Assembly (NCBI GenBank): GCA_036385045.1
Contig: DASVLC010000252.1
Coordinates: 2,185 to 66,184 of the forward strand
Origin: Thermoanaerobaculia bacterium
GTDB lineage: Bacteria; Acidobacteriota; Thermoanaerobaculia; Gp7-AA8
Length of the DNA stretch: 64,000 bases
Reading direction: 5' to 3'
The notes below the pieces were generated by a model. That model was not told the DNA's origin, made no database searches, and saw only the letters and a program-made list of their open reading frames with translations. Within the stretch, counting starts at the first letter, position 1. Each line of letters starts with the position of its first letter. A program made the translations under genes and the position numbers. This document shows positions 35,964 through 45,944 of this stretch, one piece after another.

Positions 35964-37688
35964 CTACGACGAAATACCGGTCGTCTCCAACGAAACGAGT
36001 GCGCGTGCAGACAGGGAAGAGGCGACTTCGGCGTCACCGGCCGCCAGCTCCTCCTGTGGATGGGCAAAGTAGTAGCCCTGGATCAAATCGATCCCGAGGT
36101 CACGGCACGTTTCGTACTCGATCTGCGTTTCGATCCCCTCGGCGAGCGTTTTCGCCCCGATCTTCCCCGCGAGATCGACCAGCATCCTCACGAGGTCCTG
36201 CTTGATCGGCTCGGTCTCGAGCGTAGAGACCAGGCTCCTGGTGATCTTCAGATAGTCGGGAGCCAGCGACGCGATTGCCTCGAGCGAGGCATAGCCCGAT
36301 CCGGCGTCGTCGATCGCAACCTCGATTCCCTTCGCCCGGAACTCGTTGAGCAGCTCGCGGAACTGTGCATAGTCCTCGATGGCTGCCCGCTCGGTCAGCT
36401 CGAAGACGAAGTTGCCGCGATGCTCGGCGAAATACGAGACCATCTCGTGGATCCGGAACTCCGATTCCCCGAACATCTCAGCCTCGAGATTCAGCAGGAA
36501 CTTCCGGTCGAGCAGATCGATCCGTTGCAACCGCTTGAGCGCCGCCTCGAGCGCGATCGCCTCGAGCGCCCAGGCGAGCTTCGCCTCACGTGCAAACGAG
36601 AAGAGCATGTCCGAATTGCGGAACGACGAGCCGGCTGGACCTCGTGTGAGGATCTCGTAACCGAATACCGTGAGATCGCGTGCGTGCACGATCGGCTGAA
36701 ACAGTGTCGTGACCCGCTTTCGCCGGATGATGTCCCGGAGCTCACGGGTGAGCTGCTTCTTGCGTTGCTGTTCGGCATCACGCACGGCGTCGGCGGCAAC
36801 CTGCATCCCTGCATAGATCTGCCGCTCCAGACGAATCGGCGGCTGGTAATCGATCCGCGCTGACCCGACGAAGAAGCCAATCTGACCGGCCTGCAGTGCA
36901 GGAAACCTCTTTCTCGTCGTGTCGATCAGGGTCTCGCGGATCTCGAGCGCGTTGCGATCCGATGCCGTCTCGTCAGAGAGATCCTGGCCGCGCGTCTCGA
37001 AAAAGACGTAAAAGCTGGAACCGCCAGTCCGGTGACAGGTAACGATCGGATTTCTGAAGCGACGCTTCGTCTCGGCCGAGATGATCTGGCCGACATTGCA
37101 CAGCAGTTCGTCGAAGAACGCCCAGCCATACTCCGCCTCGATCGATTCGAACTGCTCGATGTCGACGAAGACGATCCCGATCTCACCTTGATCGATGAGG
37201 ATCTCCTTGACACGATCGAGAACGATCGGAAGGCTGGGAAGCGCTGTTGCCCGGTCGAGCAGGATCGCCTCGAGAGCGCTGCGCTCGGCCTCACCCGCCT
37301 CGGTGCGCGTTTCACGTGAGCGATCCAGCACCGCTTTGACCCGCCGGGTCACCTCGTGCCGGTTGAATGGCTTGACGAGGTAGTCGTCGGCTCCGACCTG
37401 GAGTCCCGTCAGTCGATCCTTCACGTCGCCCCGGCCGGTCACGAGAATGACCCCGATGTGTGAAGTGCGCTGAACCGCCTTCAACGCCTGACAGACCTCC
37501 CAGCCGCTGCGCTTCGGCATCATCACATCGAGCAGAACAGCGTTGGGGAGTCTGCTCTGGGCGATGGTCAACGCCTCTTCGCCATCCACTGCGAAAAGAA
37601 TCTCGCAGTCGAGATCCCGCAGAAACGTCTTGAGCAGCAGTCCGACTCCTTCGTCGTCATCCGCAATCAGAACCACTGGGCGGGACAT
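35964..37688 (-). CDS. Response-regulator c-di-GMP phosphodiesterase (REC, degenerate GGDEF, EAL)
   Basis: ORF trimmed to MSRPVVLIADDDEG (REC with phospho-acceptor Asp). GGDEF-like domain with a degenerate motif (HRTGGSSF). EAL domain with intact catalytic residues (ELTE; DDAGSGYAS; EGIE; QGYYF). Confidence 0.8.
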   Translation of the reverse strand: MSRPVVLIADDDEGVGLLLKTFLRDLDCEILFAVDGEEALTIAQSRLPNAVLLDVMMPKRSGWEVCQALKAVQRTSHIGVILVTGRGDVKDRLTGLQVGADDYLVKPFNRHEVTRRVKAVLDRSRETRTEAGEAERSALEAILLDRATALPSLPIVLDRVKEILIDQGEIGIVFVDIEQFESIEAEYGWAFFDELLCNVGQIISAETKRRFRNPIVTCHRTGGSSFYVFFETRGQDLSDETASDRNALEIRETLIDTTRKRFPALQAGQIGFFVGSARIDYQPPIRLERQIYAGMQVAADAVRDAEQQRKKQLTRELRDIIRRKRVTTLFQPIVHARDLTVFGYEILTRGPAGSSFRNSDMLFSFAREAKLAWALEAIALEAALKRLQRIDLLDRKFLLNLEAEMFGESEFRIHEMVSYFAEHRGNFVFELTERAAIEDYAQFRELLNEFRAKGIEVAIDDAGSGYASLEAIASLAPDYLKITRSLVSTLETEPIKQDLVRMLVDLAGKIGAKTLAEGIETQIEYETCRDLGIDLIQGYYFAHPQEELAAGDAEVASSLSARALVSLETTGISS

Positions 37689-37856
37689 AGGCTGGGCAAC
37701 ATCATTGCGGAAAACAGGCCAGACGACAATGGTGGTGGTCCCCTCGGGCCCGCGGCGGACCGCTCTCCCGTCGGTTCCTTCATCGGGCCGGGTCAACCGG
37801 GCGGGCCTTCGGTTCGACGGGTTAACCAGCGAAGCGCAGCCTGATAGGATCGCTTT

Positions 37857-38915
37857 GTGCTCGATGACGACGTTTTCAACGGCAATTCAGCAGCCGAGCT
37901 CCTGATCGCAGCGGGCATTGCCTCAATCACGCTGCTACTCATTTGGGGAATTCTGGCCGTCGCCGGCTGGAAGGTGCGAAAAGCCGCTGAGACGGAAACG
38001 GACGCAGACAACTTCTTCATCGACCTGGTGCGTCGCACGAAGATCTGGCTGCTCGTCTTTCCCGCCATCTTTCTCGGCGCGCGAACGATCGACCTCCCGG
38101 TCGACATCGGCCGGATGCTGAAGGCCGCAGCTCAGCTCGCTTTCATCGCTCAGACGGCGCTCTGGGCCACCGGCGTCGTCGACTTCTCGATCAGACGCTA
38201 CCGCCGGAAGCGGGCAGAGACCGATCCAGAGGCCATCACGACCATCAACGTGTTCCGCCTCGCCGCCGTCAGTGCTCTCTGGCTCGTTGCGGTCCTGGTC
38301 GCTTTCGACAACTTCGGCATCGCAGTTACGCCGCTCATCACCGGACTGGGGATCGGCGGTATCGCGGTCGCACTCGCCACGCAGAACATCCTGTCCGATC
38401 TCTTCGCATCATTATCGATCGTGATCGACAAGCCATTCGTCGTCGGCGACTTCATCATCGTCGGCGAGTCAATGGGAACGGTGGAGCACATCGGCCTCAA
38501 GACCACGCACATCCGCGCGCTCTCGGGCGAACAGCTGGTCGTGGGAAACGGAGACCTGCTCGGCAGCCGCATTCGCAATTTCAAACGAATGGCCGAGCGC
38601 CGCTCGACCTTCCGTCTTGGCGTTACCTACCAGACCCCCGCTGAACAGCTCGAGTCGATCCCGAAAATCATGCAGTCCGCGATCGAGCATCAGCAGAACA
38701 CCCGCTTCGACCGTGCGCACCTGATCGGCTTCGGAGACTCCTCCTACGACTTCGAGGCGGTCTATTGGATTCTTTCTCCCCAGTACCTCGACTTCGCCAA
38801 CACACACCAGGCAGTCTGCCTCGAGATCGTAAGGGTCTTTGCCGCCTCGGGAATCGAGTTCGCCTATCCGACCCGCACCCTCTTCGTGTCGAAACAGGAG
38901 CCGCTGAACAGCTGA
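37857..38915 (+). CDS. Mechanosensitive ion channel, MscS family
   Basis: TM helices followed by the MscS pore and beta domain (ITGLGIGGIAVALATQNILSDLFASLSIVIDKPFVVGDFI). Confidence 0.8.
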   Translation: MLDDDVFNGNSAAELLIAAGIASITLLLIWGILAVAGWKVRKAAETETDADNFFIDLVRRTKIWLLVFPAIFLGARTIDLPVDIGRMLKAAAQLAFIAQTALWATGVVDFSIRRYRRKRAETDPEAITTINVFRLAAVSALWLVAVLVAFDNFGIAVTPLITGLGIGGIAVALATQNILSDLFASLSIVIDKPFVVGDFIIVGESMGTVEHIGLKTTHIRALSGEQLVVGNGDLLGSRIRNFKRMAERRSTFRLGVTYQTPAEQLESIPKIMQSAIEHQQNTRFDRAHLIGFGDSSYDFEAVYWILSPQYLDFANTHQAVCLEIVRVFAASGIEFAYPTRTLFVSKQEPLNS

Positions 38916-39031
38916 CGGGACCAGCGACACGAGAGCAGGCCGGGCTCGTCAGTAATGGTGAGGCCGCACGGGAACTACGCCGGGCATCCTGTGCTAACGT
39001 TCACGCCCTTGCAGGGACTGGAGTCGTTCTC

Positions 39032-40447
39032 ATGATCAAGTTCGGTACCTCGGGATGGCGCGGGGTCATCGGCGAAGACTTCACCTTCGAAAAGGTCCGA
39101 GTCGCAACGCAGGGAATCGCCAACCACCTCATCAGGACAAAGCAGAAGGGCACCGGTGTCGTCGTCGCATGGGACACGCGATTCCTCTCGGAAAAGTTCG
39201 CCGCCGAGGCGGCCAAGGTGCTGGCGTTCAACGGCATCAAGGCCTACCTCTGCACACGTGACGTGCCGACGCCCTGCGCCTCGTTCGAGACGATCCGTCG
39301 AAAGGCGATGGCGACGATCAACTTCACGGCCTCCCACAATCCACCCGAGTACAACGGTCTCAAGTTCTCGACCGCGGACGGAGCGCCGGCACTTCCGGAT
39401 GTAACGTCGCTGATCGAGCGCGAGATCGAGCTGGTCGAGCAGAGGAACGAACGGATCGACGTCTACGAGAAAGCGGAACTGATCGAGGAGATCGACCCGA
39501 AAGACCGCTATCTCACCGAACTGCGCCAGAAGGTGGACATCGATGCGATCCGTCAGAGCGGTCTTCGCATCGCCATCGACTCGCTCTACGGCACATCTCG
39601 CGACTACGTTGATTACTTTCTGATCGAGGCGGGCGTCAAGGTCAAGACGATCCACAATTATCGGGATCCCTACTTCGGCGGATTTTCTCCCGAATGCAAC
39701 GAGAAAAACCTCGCCGAGTTGCGCAGAGTAGTCACTGAAGAGAAGTGCGACGTCGGCCTCGCCACCGACGGAGACGCCGACCGTTTCGGCATCATCGACG
39801 ACCGCAATCGGTTCGTGTCACCGAACACCATCCTTGCACTGCTCGCGATCTACCTGAAACGCTATCGGAACATCCCGGGAGGCCTCGCGCGTACCGTCGC
39901 GACGACGCACCTCATTGATGCGATCGCCGCGAAACTCGACGTCCCCCTCTACGTGACCCCCGTGGGATTCAAGTACATCAGCGAGCTGATTCTCGAGGAC
40001 AAGATAGCCTTTGGAGGCGAGGAGTCGGCCGGCATGTCGATGTATCGGCACGTCCCGGAGAAAGACGGCATTCTCGCCTGTCTCCTCGTCGCCGAAATGA
40101 TCGCGAGGACCGGCAAACGGATTCCGCAGCTCATCGAGGAGATGCACAAGGAGTTCGGCCCGCTCTATTCGAAACGCGTCGATCTGAAGCTGACCCCGCA
40201 ACTCCGCGAGTCACTTGCCGAGAAACTGGCGAATCCCCCCTCGGCGATCGATGACCTCACGGTACGCGATGTGGAAATGACTGACGGCGTCAAGCTGATT
40301 TTCAACGATCAGACATGGCTCCTCTTCCGGCTCTCCGGCACCGAGCCGGTCGCTCGCGTTTATGCCGAGGCATGCAGCCCGCGCGATCTCAAGCATGTGC
40401 TGGACGCGGGTCGCAGGTTTGTTTCGCGACCGCTGAAAGAGAACTGA
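39032..40447 (+). CDS. Phosphoglucomutase/phosphomannomutase (alpha-D-phosphohexomutase)
   Basis: ORF 38765..40447 trimmed to MIKFGTSGWRG. Active-site Ser loop TASHNPPEYNG, metal loop DGDADR, sugar-binding GEESAG. Confidence 0.85.
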   Translation: MIKFGTSGWRGVIGEDFTFEKVRVATQGIANHLIRTKQKGTGVVVAWDTRFLSEKFAAEAAKVLAFNGIKAYLCTRDVPTPCASFETIRRKAMATINFTASHNPPEYNGLKFSTADGAPALPDVTSLIEREIELVEQRNERIDVYEKAELIEEIDPKDRYLTELRQKVDIDAIRQSGLRIAIDSLYGTSRDYVDYFLIEAGVKVKTIHNYRDPYFGGFSPECNEKNLAELRRVVTEEKCDVGLATDGDADRFGIIDDRNRFVSPNTILALLAIYLKRYRNIPGGLARTVATTHLIDAIAAKLDVPLYVTPVGFKYISELILEDKIAFGGEESAGMSMYRHVPEKDGILACLLVAEMIARTGKRIPQLIEEMHKEFGPLYSKRVDLKLTPQLRESLAEKLANPPSAIDDLTVRDVEMTDGVKLIFNDQTWLLFRLSGTEPVARVYAEACSPRDLKHVLDAGRRFVSRPLKEN

Positions 40448-40469
40448 TGCAGGCGGCTGGTGAGCGCCA

Positions 40470-40760
40470 ATGAACTACCCGTTCGAGAAGCTCTTCCTCG
40501 TCTGCATCGGAGCGCGCTGCGTTGAATCTCGTCGCGGCAATGAATGTGGACTCGCGATCCAGAAGGAGCTGAAGGCTTACAACAAGGCGCTAGGCCGCAA
40601 ACGGAGCGTCCGCGTCTGTCAGGTGTCGTGTCTCGATCTCTGCGATGACGGACCCAATATGCTCGTCTATCCCGGAGGTTCCGTTCACTCCCACCTCACC
40701 CGGGCAAAGGCGCGAAAGATCTACGACGACACGATGCAGGACCCGGGTAAGAAGGAGTAG
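40470..40760 (+). CDS. Thioredoxin-like [2Fe-2S] ferredoxin domain protein
   Basis: 96 aa with a four-Cys pattern (C..C…C…C: LVCIGARC…CQVSCLDLCDDGP), as in NuoE-like 2Fe-2S ferredoxins. Confidence 0.6.
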   Translation: MNYPFEKLFLVCIGARCVESRRGNECGLAIQKELKAYNKALGRKRSVRVCQVSCLDLCDDGPNMLVYPGGSVHSHLTRAKARKIYDDTMQDPGKKE

Positions 40761-40850
40761 AGCGCCTTCTCTCCATCCGGTTCTCGCCTCGGCGTCGGCC
40801 CCGACGTGCTCATCTTCCTCAGAAGCGCTAAACTTGTCCTGAGCAATACG

Positions 40851-41420
40851 ATGTACTTTCGTGCACTCGCCCTGACGCTCCTCCTCGTGGCGCCCATCGC
40901 TGCATCGGGACAGCTCATCGACGAGGTGAGCGTCTACGTGACCGGGGGGAAGGGGATCACCACGTGGCACGGCCAGGCAGATCTGCACACGCTCAACCTC
41001 GAGCTGGGACGGGCTTGGTCTCCGCGCACCGACGTAGCAATCGTGATCTCCCCCACGAACGTCTGGCAGCCGCAGAGCTGGTTCGGCTACAGCCAGGGGC
41101 ATGGGAACGAGGCGGTTCGTGCAATCTCGGCTTCGGTGCTGGTTCGACGACGCTTCGGATCCGAGACAGGGAAAGTCCAGTGGTACGCCGATGTTGCGAC
41201 CGGCCCCTTGGTTGCCGAGAAGCGTGTGCCGGCCGCTACCTCGCGTTTCAACTTCATCACGCAGGGAGGCTTTGGAACGATCATCGGTCCGAGTCGCCGG
41301 TTCCCTCTTTACCTCGGCTATCGCTTCGCGCACATCTCGAACGGCGGCTACTCGGAGCGCAACCCGGGCTTGAATATCTCCTCGCTCATCGTCGGAACGC
41401 GCATGCGCGTCGGACGCTGA
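40851..41420 (+). CDS. Outer-membrane acyloxyacyl hydrolase / lipid A 3-O-deacylase (PagL-like)
   Basis: Signal peptide MYFRALALTLLLVAPIAASG. beta-barrel-like alternating pattern. Conserved C-terminal His...Ser-Asn-Gly block (YLGYRFAHISNGG) of the PagL family. Confidence 0.55.
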   Translation: MYFRALALTLLLVAPIAASGQLIDEVSVYVTGGKGITTWHGQADLHTLNLELGRAWSPRTDVAIVISPTNVWQPQSWFGYSQGHGNEAVRAISASVLVRRRFGSETGKVQWYADVATGPLVAEKRVPAATSRFNFITQGGFGTIIGPSRRFPLYLGYRFAHISNGGYSERNPGLNISSLIVGTRMRVGR

Positions 41421-41435
41421 CTCACGCAGTCCGGA

Positions 41436-42365
41436 TCACTCGAAAAGAGTGTCGACGTACGCTTTCGGGTCGAAAGGAATCAGATCATCGGCCGCCTCGC
41501 CGACTCCGACGAACTTCACCGGAATGTCGAACTGGCGCATGATCGAGAGGATCACCCCTCCCCTCGCGGTGCCATCGAGTTTCGTCACCACCATCCCTGT
41601 GACCTTTGCAGCCTCGAGAAATGCCGACGCCTGACTCACGCCGTTCTGGCCAGTCGTACCGTCGAGGACGAGGAGCGTCTCATGCGGCGCGCCCGGCAGC
41701 TCACGGTCAATGACCCGGTGGATCTTGGCGAGCTCCTGCATCAGATGCGATTTGTTATGGAGCCGGCCCGCGGTGTCGATGATGACGACGTCGGCACCTC
41801 GCGACTTCGCAGCCGCAACGGAGTCGTGGGCGACGGCCGCAGGATCAGATCCCGCCTTGTGTTTGACCAGAGGCACACCGATCCGGTCTGCCCACATCTG
41901 GAGCTGCTCGATCGCAGCCGCACGGAACGTGTCAGCCGCGCCGAGGACGACGTTGAGCCCCTCGCCCTTCCAGCGGGAGGCCAGCTTCGCGATCGTCGTT
42001 GTCTTGCCGGTGCCGTTCACCCCGACGACGAGAACGACGAACGGCTTCGTCCGCGTGGTGTCGATCGTCGCGATCGCCCGTTCGGGGATGAGTGCCCGTG
42101 TCTCCTCCCGAATCACCTCGGTGAGACGGTCCATGCTGGTGATCTTCTCGTCGCGGATCCTCCGCTCGACCTGAGCGATGAGAGCGGCGGTCAGTTCGGC
42201 CCCGACATCGGCACCGAGCAACCCTTCTTCGAGACCGTCAATCGCGGACTTATCGATCGGAAGGTCAGGCGTCACCGCCTCCTTGACCTTCTCGATGATC
42301 TCGGTGTGGGTCATGAAGAGCCCACGTTTCAACTTCGCAAAAAGCGTCTTGTTCTGTTCGGCCAT
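41436..42365 (-). CDS. ftsY: Signal recognition particle receptor FtsY
   Basis: SRP54-type GTPase (GVNGTGKTTTIAKLA; DTAGR; TKLDGTARGG). Short N-domain. Confidence 0.9.
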   Translation of the reverse strand: MAEQNKTLFAKLKRGLFMTHTEIIEKVKEAVTPDLPIDKSAIDGLEEGLLGADVGAELTAALIAQVERRIRDEKITSMDRLTEVIREETRALIPERAIATIDTTRTKPFVVLVVGVNGTGKTTTIAKLASRWKGEGLNVVLGAADTFRAAAIEQLQMWADRIGVPLVKHKAGSDPAAVAHDSVAAAKSRGADVVIIDTAGRLHNKSHLMQELAKIHRVIDRELPGAPHETLLVLDGTTGQNGVSQASAFLEAAKVTGMVVTKLDGTARGGVILSIMRQFDIPVKFVGVGEAADDLIPFDPKAYVDTLFE

Positions 42366-42389
42366 AGTCTGGGTCAGTTGTCGCTTGGC

Positions 42390-43472
42390 TTACTGCCGCC
42401 TGGCTGAGCTTCCTTTGTCGCGTGCCGCGATCGCCGCTCTCACCATCTCTTCGTCCACTGTCAGAACTCCTGCGGCGCGGGGCTCGAACTCGATCTCGCG
42501 AACGACACGTCGATAGGTCTCGCGCAACGCCCTTGCGCCGAGCCGCTTCTGCCGCGACGCGTCCCACGCGATAGCGAGGAGGGCGCCACGAGTGATCTGC
42601 AAATCGATGTCGAACCGGCGAAAGTATTCACGAGAGACTCGGAAGATCGATCCTTCCGGCTCGACGAAGATCCTCGCGAGGTCCGGCTCCGTCAGATCAT
42701 TGAGCACGATGATCGATTCGAAGCGCGAGATGAACTGAGGAGTCATTCCGTAGCGGAAGAGATCCTCGTATCGAAGGTAGTCACCGAGATGGAACGGTAG
42801 TTCCTCACGAACCTCTCCGCTCGCCGAGACCACGACGACCGGCTTCATCGGAGCCACGTCCTGCCCGAGCGTGGCCCTGCGCAGAACATCGTCGTACAGA
42901 TCTTCGAACGCTCCGCCCGCGACGAACAGGACGCCTGCCGAGTTGATGGACCAGCTCTTCCCATCGGCTTCGAATTCGATGTGCTCGTTCTCCATCAGTG
43001 TCAGCAGCGCTTCCTGTGCGACGATCCCGCGCACATTCGGGTGACCGCTGACCGTCGCCCGTATCTTGTCGACCTCGTCGATGAAGACGATCCCCCGCTC
43101 GACCGACTGCAGAATCGTGTCCGAAGTGGCGGCGGGCCCGAGCTTCGCTCTCGCGTTTGCGTACAGTTTTCCGAGGACGATCTTGCCGTACCCCTGACGC
43201 TCCTCGGCCAGCACGTTGGCGTTCAGCCGCACTACGTTCGCCGCTTCGGCGGTCTCAGCTGTCGTGGCCAGATACTGCTCGACCGCTCGCATGAGCGTCG
43301 TCTTGCCGGAGCCGGAGTTGCCTATGAGGAGGATGTTGGGAGCCGGGTGTCCTCCGAGATGCTTCACGAGCGCGACCGAGATCTCGCGGATCGCCTCATC
43401 CTGGCCGACGACCGCTTTGCGAATCTCGTCGAACACATCTTTGGGACGCAGCGGCGGCATGGCGGCGCGCAT
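42390..43472 (-). CDS. ClpX-like AAA+ ATPase lacking the N-terminal zinc-binding domain
   Basis: ORF 42390..44102 trimmed to MRAAMPPL. It is collinear with the ClpX AAA+ core (VVGQDEAIREISVALVKH; ILLIGNSGSGKTTLMRAV; VFIDEVDKI; sensor-2/C-domain RALRETYRRV). There is no C4 zinc finger and no clpP/hslV nearby. Confidence 0.7.
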   Translation of the reverse strand: MRAAMPPLRPKDVFDEIRKAVVGQDEAIREISVALVKHLGGHPAPNILLIGNSGSGKTTLMRAVEQYLATTAETAEAANVVRLNANVLAEERQGYGKIVLGKLYANARAKLGPAATSDTILQSVERGIVFIDEVDKIRATVSGHPNVRGIVAQEALLTLMENEHIEFEADGKSWSINSAGVLFVAGGAFEDLYDDVLRRATLGQDVAPMKPVVVVSASGEVREELPFHLGDYLRYEDLFRYGMTPQFISRFESIIVLNDLTEPDLARIFVEPEGSIFRVSREYFRRFDIDLQITRGALLAIAWDASRQKRLGARALRETYRRVVREIEFEPRAAGVLTVDEEMVRAAIAARDKGSSARRQ

Positions 43473-43490
43473 TGTACAGAATCGTTTACC

Positions 43491-45944
43491 ATGAATAACC
43501 TCATGCGGGTTGATTACGAAAAGCGGGAGATCGTCTGTTCGGTGGGCGACCTCGTGCATGAGTCGACCTACCGTCGAATCGGCGTCGAGCGCGGCGACGG
43601 ATTCCGTCGCATGTGGATCGGTCAGGACATCCACACGCGGCGCGCGGAGACGCGAGCCTCCGAGGATCCGCTGTATCGCGCCGAGGTGCACGTGGTGCAC
43701 CGCGTCTCGGTGAGAGGCTGGGCGATCACCATCACAGGGAGAATCGACGGCCTTTCGGTTGACCGGGAAGCACGCCGCGTCTCGATCGAGGAGGTCAAGT
43801 CGCTGCATTTCGACCTCGAGCTCGAAGCGCTCTATCGCTCCGACAAGTTGCAGCGCCATCTCTATCAATTGCTGCTCTACTCGTACTTTCTTTCGAGTCA
43901 GCCCGACTTCGAGGGCTTCGAGTTCATCCCGCAACTCGTACTGATCGACCTCGTCTCGGGCGAGACGAAGACAGTCGACACCGACTTCGATCGGTCGCGT
44001 GTTGCCGCGACGCTCGAAGCGAGCCTCGTCAAAATCCTCGAGGATCTCGACACCGCTGCGGCGCTCCGCGTAGCCAAACGCGCCTTCGCGGACGCGCTGC
44101 AATTCCCCTTCGACGCGATGAGGACCGGCCAGGAGGAGATCGTTTCCGGTGTCGCGAGGGCTATCTGGCAGCGCGACACACTTCTCGTCTCCGCACCGAC
44201 CGGGATCGGCAAGACGATGGCGGTCCTTTATCCAGCCGTCCGCCAGTCACTGAAACTCGGGAAGAAGCTGTTTGTCCTCACTTCGAAGACGCTGCAGCAG
44301 GACGCGGCGGTCGAGGCCTTGCGACGGCTCAACGACGGATCATTCCGAGTGCTCCGTATCCGCGCGAAGCAGAAGATGTGCGCACACACCGAGATGATCT
44401 GCCACGAGGACTTCTGTCCCTTCGCGGCACGCTACTCGGACAAGATGGCGAAGAGCGGGTTGCTGACGAACATCGTAACGTCGATGAGTTACTTCGATCC
44501 CGACCTGACGTTCGAGCTCTCGAAGTCGACCGAGGTCTGCCCGTTCGAGGTCTCACTGGAACTGATCGAACAGGCCGACGTGATCGTCTGCGACTACAAC
44601 TACATCTTCGATCCTTATGTCGGCTTGAAGACGTACCAGCAGGACAAAGACTACGGCGATTGCGTACTCGTGGTCGACGAGGCACACAATCTGGTCGATC
44701 GCGGCCGCTCCTGGTATTCGCCCGAGCTGCACGAGAAATCGTTCGACGAGATCCGGCGGCACATGATGACGCGCAACTGCTGGGTCGAAGGGTGGGAGGA
44801 GCTCCTCGCCATGCTCCGTCACGAGTTCGAACGAATGGCGGAGAACCTCGATGCGGAAGCGGGCGTCCGCCAGTCCCTCTGCTCGCCCGACCGCGAACTG
44901 TTCGTGGAGCAACGGGCGGAGTGGGAACGAATCGTCCTCGAGTACATCAGCTGGAAGATCGAGAACCGAATCGCTGAGGAAGAAGACCCTCTCATCGACT
45001 TCTACTTCAAGCTGGTGAAGTTCGCGAACCTCATCACCGAACGCGGTGACGAGTTCTCGCACCTCGTCGAGCGAACCGATGACGGGATCAAGCTCAAGAT
45101 TTTCTGCCGTGACGCATCGAAGTTCCTCGGCCGGATCTTCGATTCCGCGCATGCGACCGTAGCGCTTTCCGCGACGCTCGAACCGTTCGACTTCTATCGC
45201 CGCACTCTCGGATTTCCGGCCGACCGGACTGCCGAGATTTCTCTTCCTTCCCCCTTCCCTCGCAGCAACCGGAAGATCGTCATCGTCCCGGAGGTCGACA
45301 CGACCTGGAAGAGGCGGGCGGACCACTACGATCGAATTGCTTCAACAGTGGCCGAGATCGGCGACAGCGGCAGCGGTAATTTCCTCGCGCTCTTCCCGAG
45401 CTATGCATTTCTGCGCGAAGTGGCCGAGCGGATGCCACAGACCGGGAAACGCGTAATGGTCCAGCGGAACGACATGACCGATTACGAGCGAAACGCAATT
45501 CTGGACATCCTCCGTGATCGGGCGAAGAAGGGGAATCTGATTCTCGCCGTCTCGGGCGGGATGTACGCTGAGGGGATCGACTACCAGGGTGACATGCTGG
45601 CCGGCGTCATGGTCGTCGGGCCGGCGCTTCCGCAGGTGAGCTTCGAGCAGGAACTGCTGAAGGAGTACTACGACGAGCAGTACGGAGCCGGCTTCGAGTT
45701 CGCCTACCTGATCCCGGGAATGACGCGTGTAGTGCAGTCGGCAGGACGCGTGATCCGCAGCGAGCACGATGTCGGCGTCATCGCTCTGCTCTGCCGGCGC
45801 TTCACGATGGATTCCTACACCCGCTACTTCCCGGCCGACTGGTACGAGGAGTCGCCTCGCGAGCTGGTGTCTCGCAAGGCGGCGAGCGAGATCCGTTCTT
45901 TCTTCGAGGCGAAGTCGACACCGCAATTGAGGATCGTATTTTGA
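43491..45944 (+). CDS. RecB-family PD-(D/E)xK nuclease fused to an XPD/DinG-type Fe-S DNA helicase
   Basis: ORF 42981..45944 trimmed to MNNLMRVDYEK. The N-terminal ~200 aa carry RecB/Cas4-like motifs (GRIDGLSVD…VSIEEVKS…QLLLYSYF). Then helicase motif I SAPTGIGKT, a 4-Cys Fe-S insertion (C…C..C…C: CAHTEMICHEDFCPF…EVCPF), the DEAH box VVDEAHNL, and C-terminal RecA-like motifs. Confidence 0.8.
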   Translation: MNNLMRVDYEKREIVCSVGDLVHESTYRRIGVERGDGFRRMWIGQDIHTRRAETRASEDPLYRAEVHVVHRVSVRGWAITITGRIDGLSVDREARRVSIEEVKSLHFDLELEALYRSDKLQRHLYQLLLYSYFLSSQPDFEGFEFIPQLVLIDLVSGETKTVDTDFDRSRVAATLEASLVKILEDLDTAAALRVAKRAFADALQFPFDAMRTGQEEIVSGVARAIWQRDTLLVSAPTGIGKTMAVLYPAVRQSLKLGKKLFVLTSKTLQQDAAVEALRRLNDGSFRVLRIRAKQKMCAHTEMICHEDFCPFAARYSDKMAKSGLLTNIVTSMSYFDPDLTFELSKSTEVCPFEVSLELIEQADVIVCDYNYIFDPYVGLKTYQQDKDYGDCVLVVDEAHNLVDRGRSWYSPELHEKSFDEIRRHMMTRNCWVEGWEELLAMLRHEFERMAENLDAEAGVRQSLCSPDRELFVEQRAEWERIVLEYISWKIENRIAEEEDPLIDFYFKLVKFANLITERGDEFSHLVERTDDGIKLKIFCRDASKFLGRIFDSAHATVALSATLEPFDFYRRTLGFPADRTAEISLPSPFPRSNRKIVIVPEVDTTWKRRADHYDRIASTVAEIGDSGSGNFLALFPSYAFLREVAERMPQTGKRVMVQRNDMTDYERNAILDILRDRAKKGNLILAVSGGMYAEGIDYQGDMLAGVMVVGPALPQVSFEQELLKEYYDEQYGAGFEFAYLIPGMTRVVQSAGRVIRSEHDVGVIALLCRRFTMDSYTRYFPADWYEESPRELVSRKAASEIRSFFEAKSTPQLRIVF

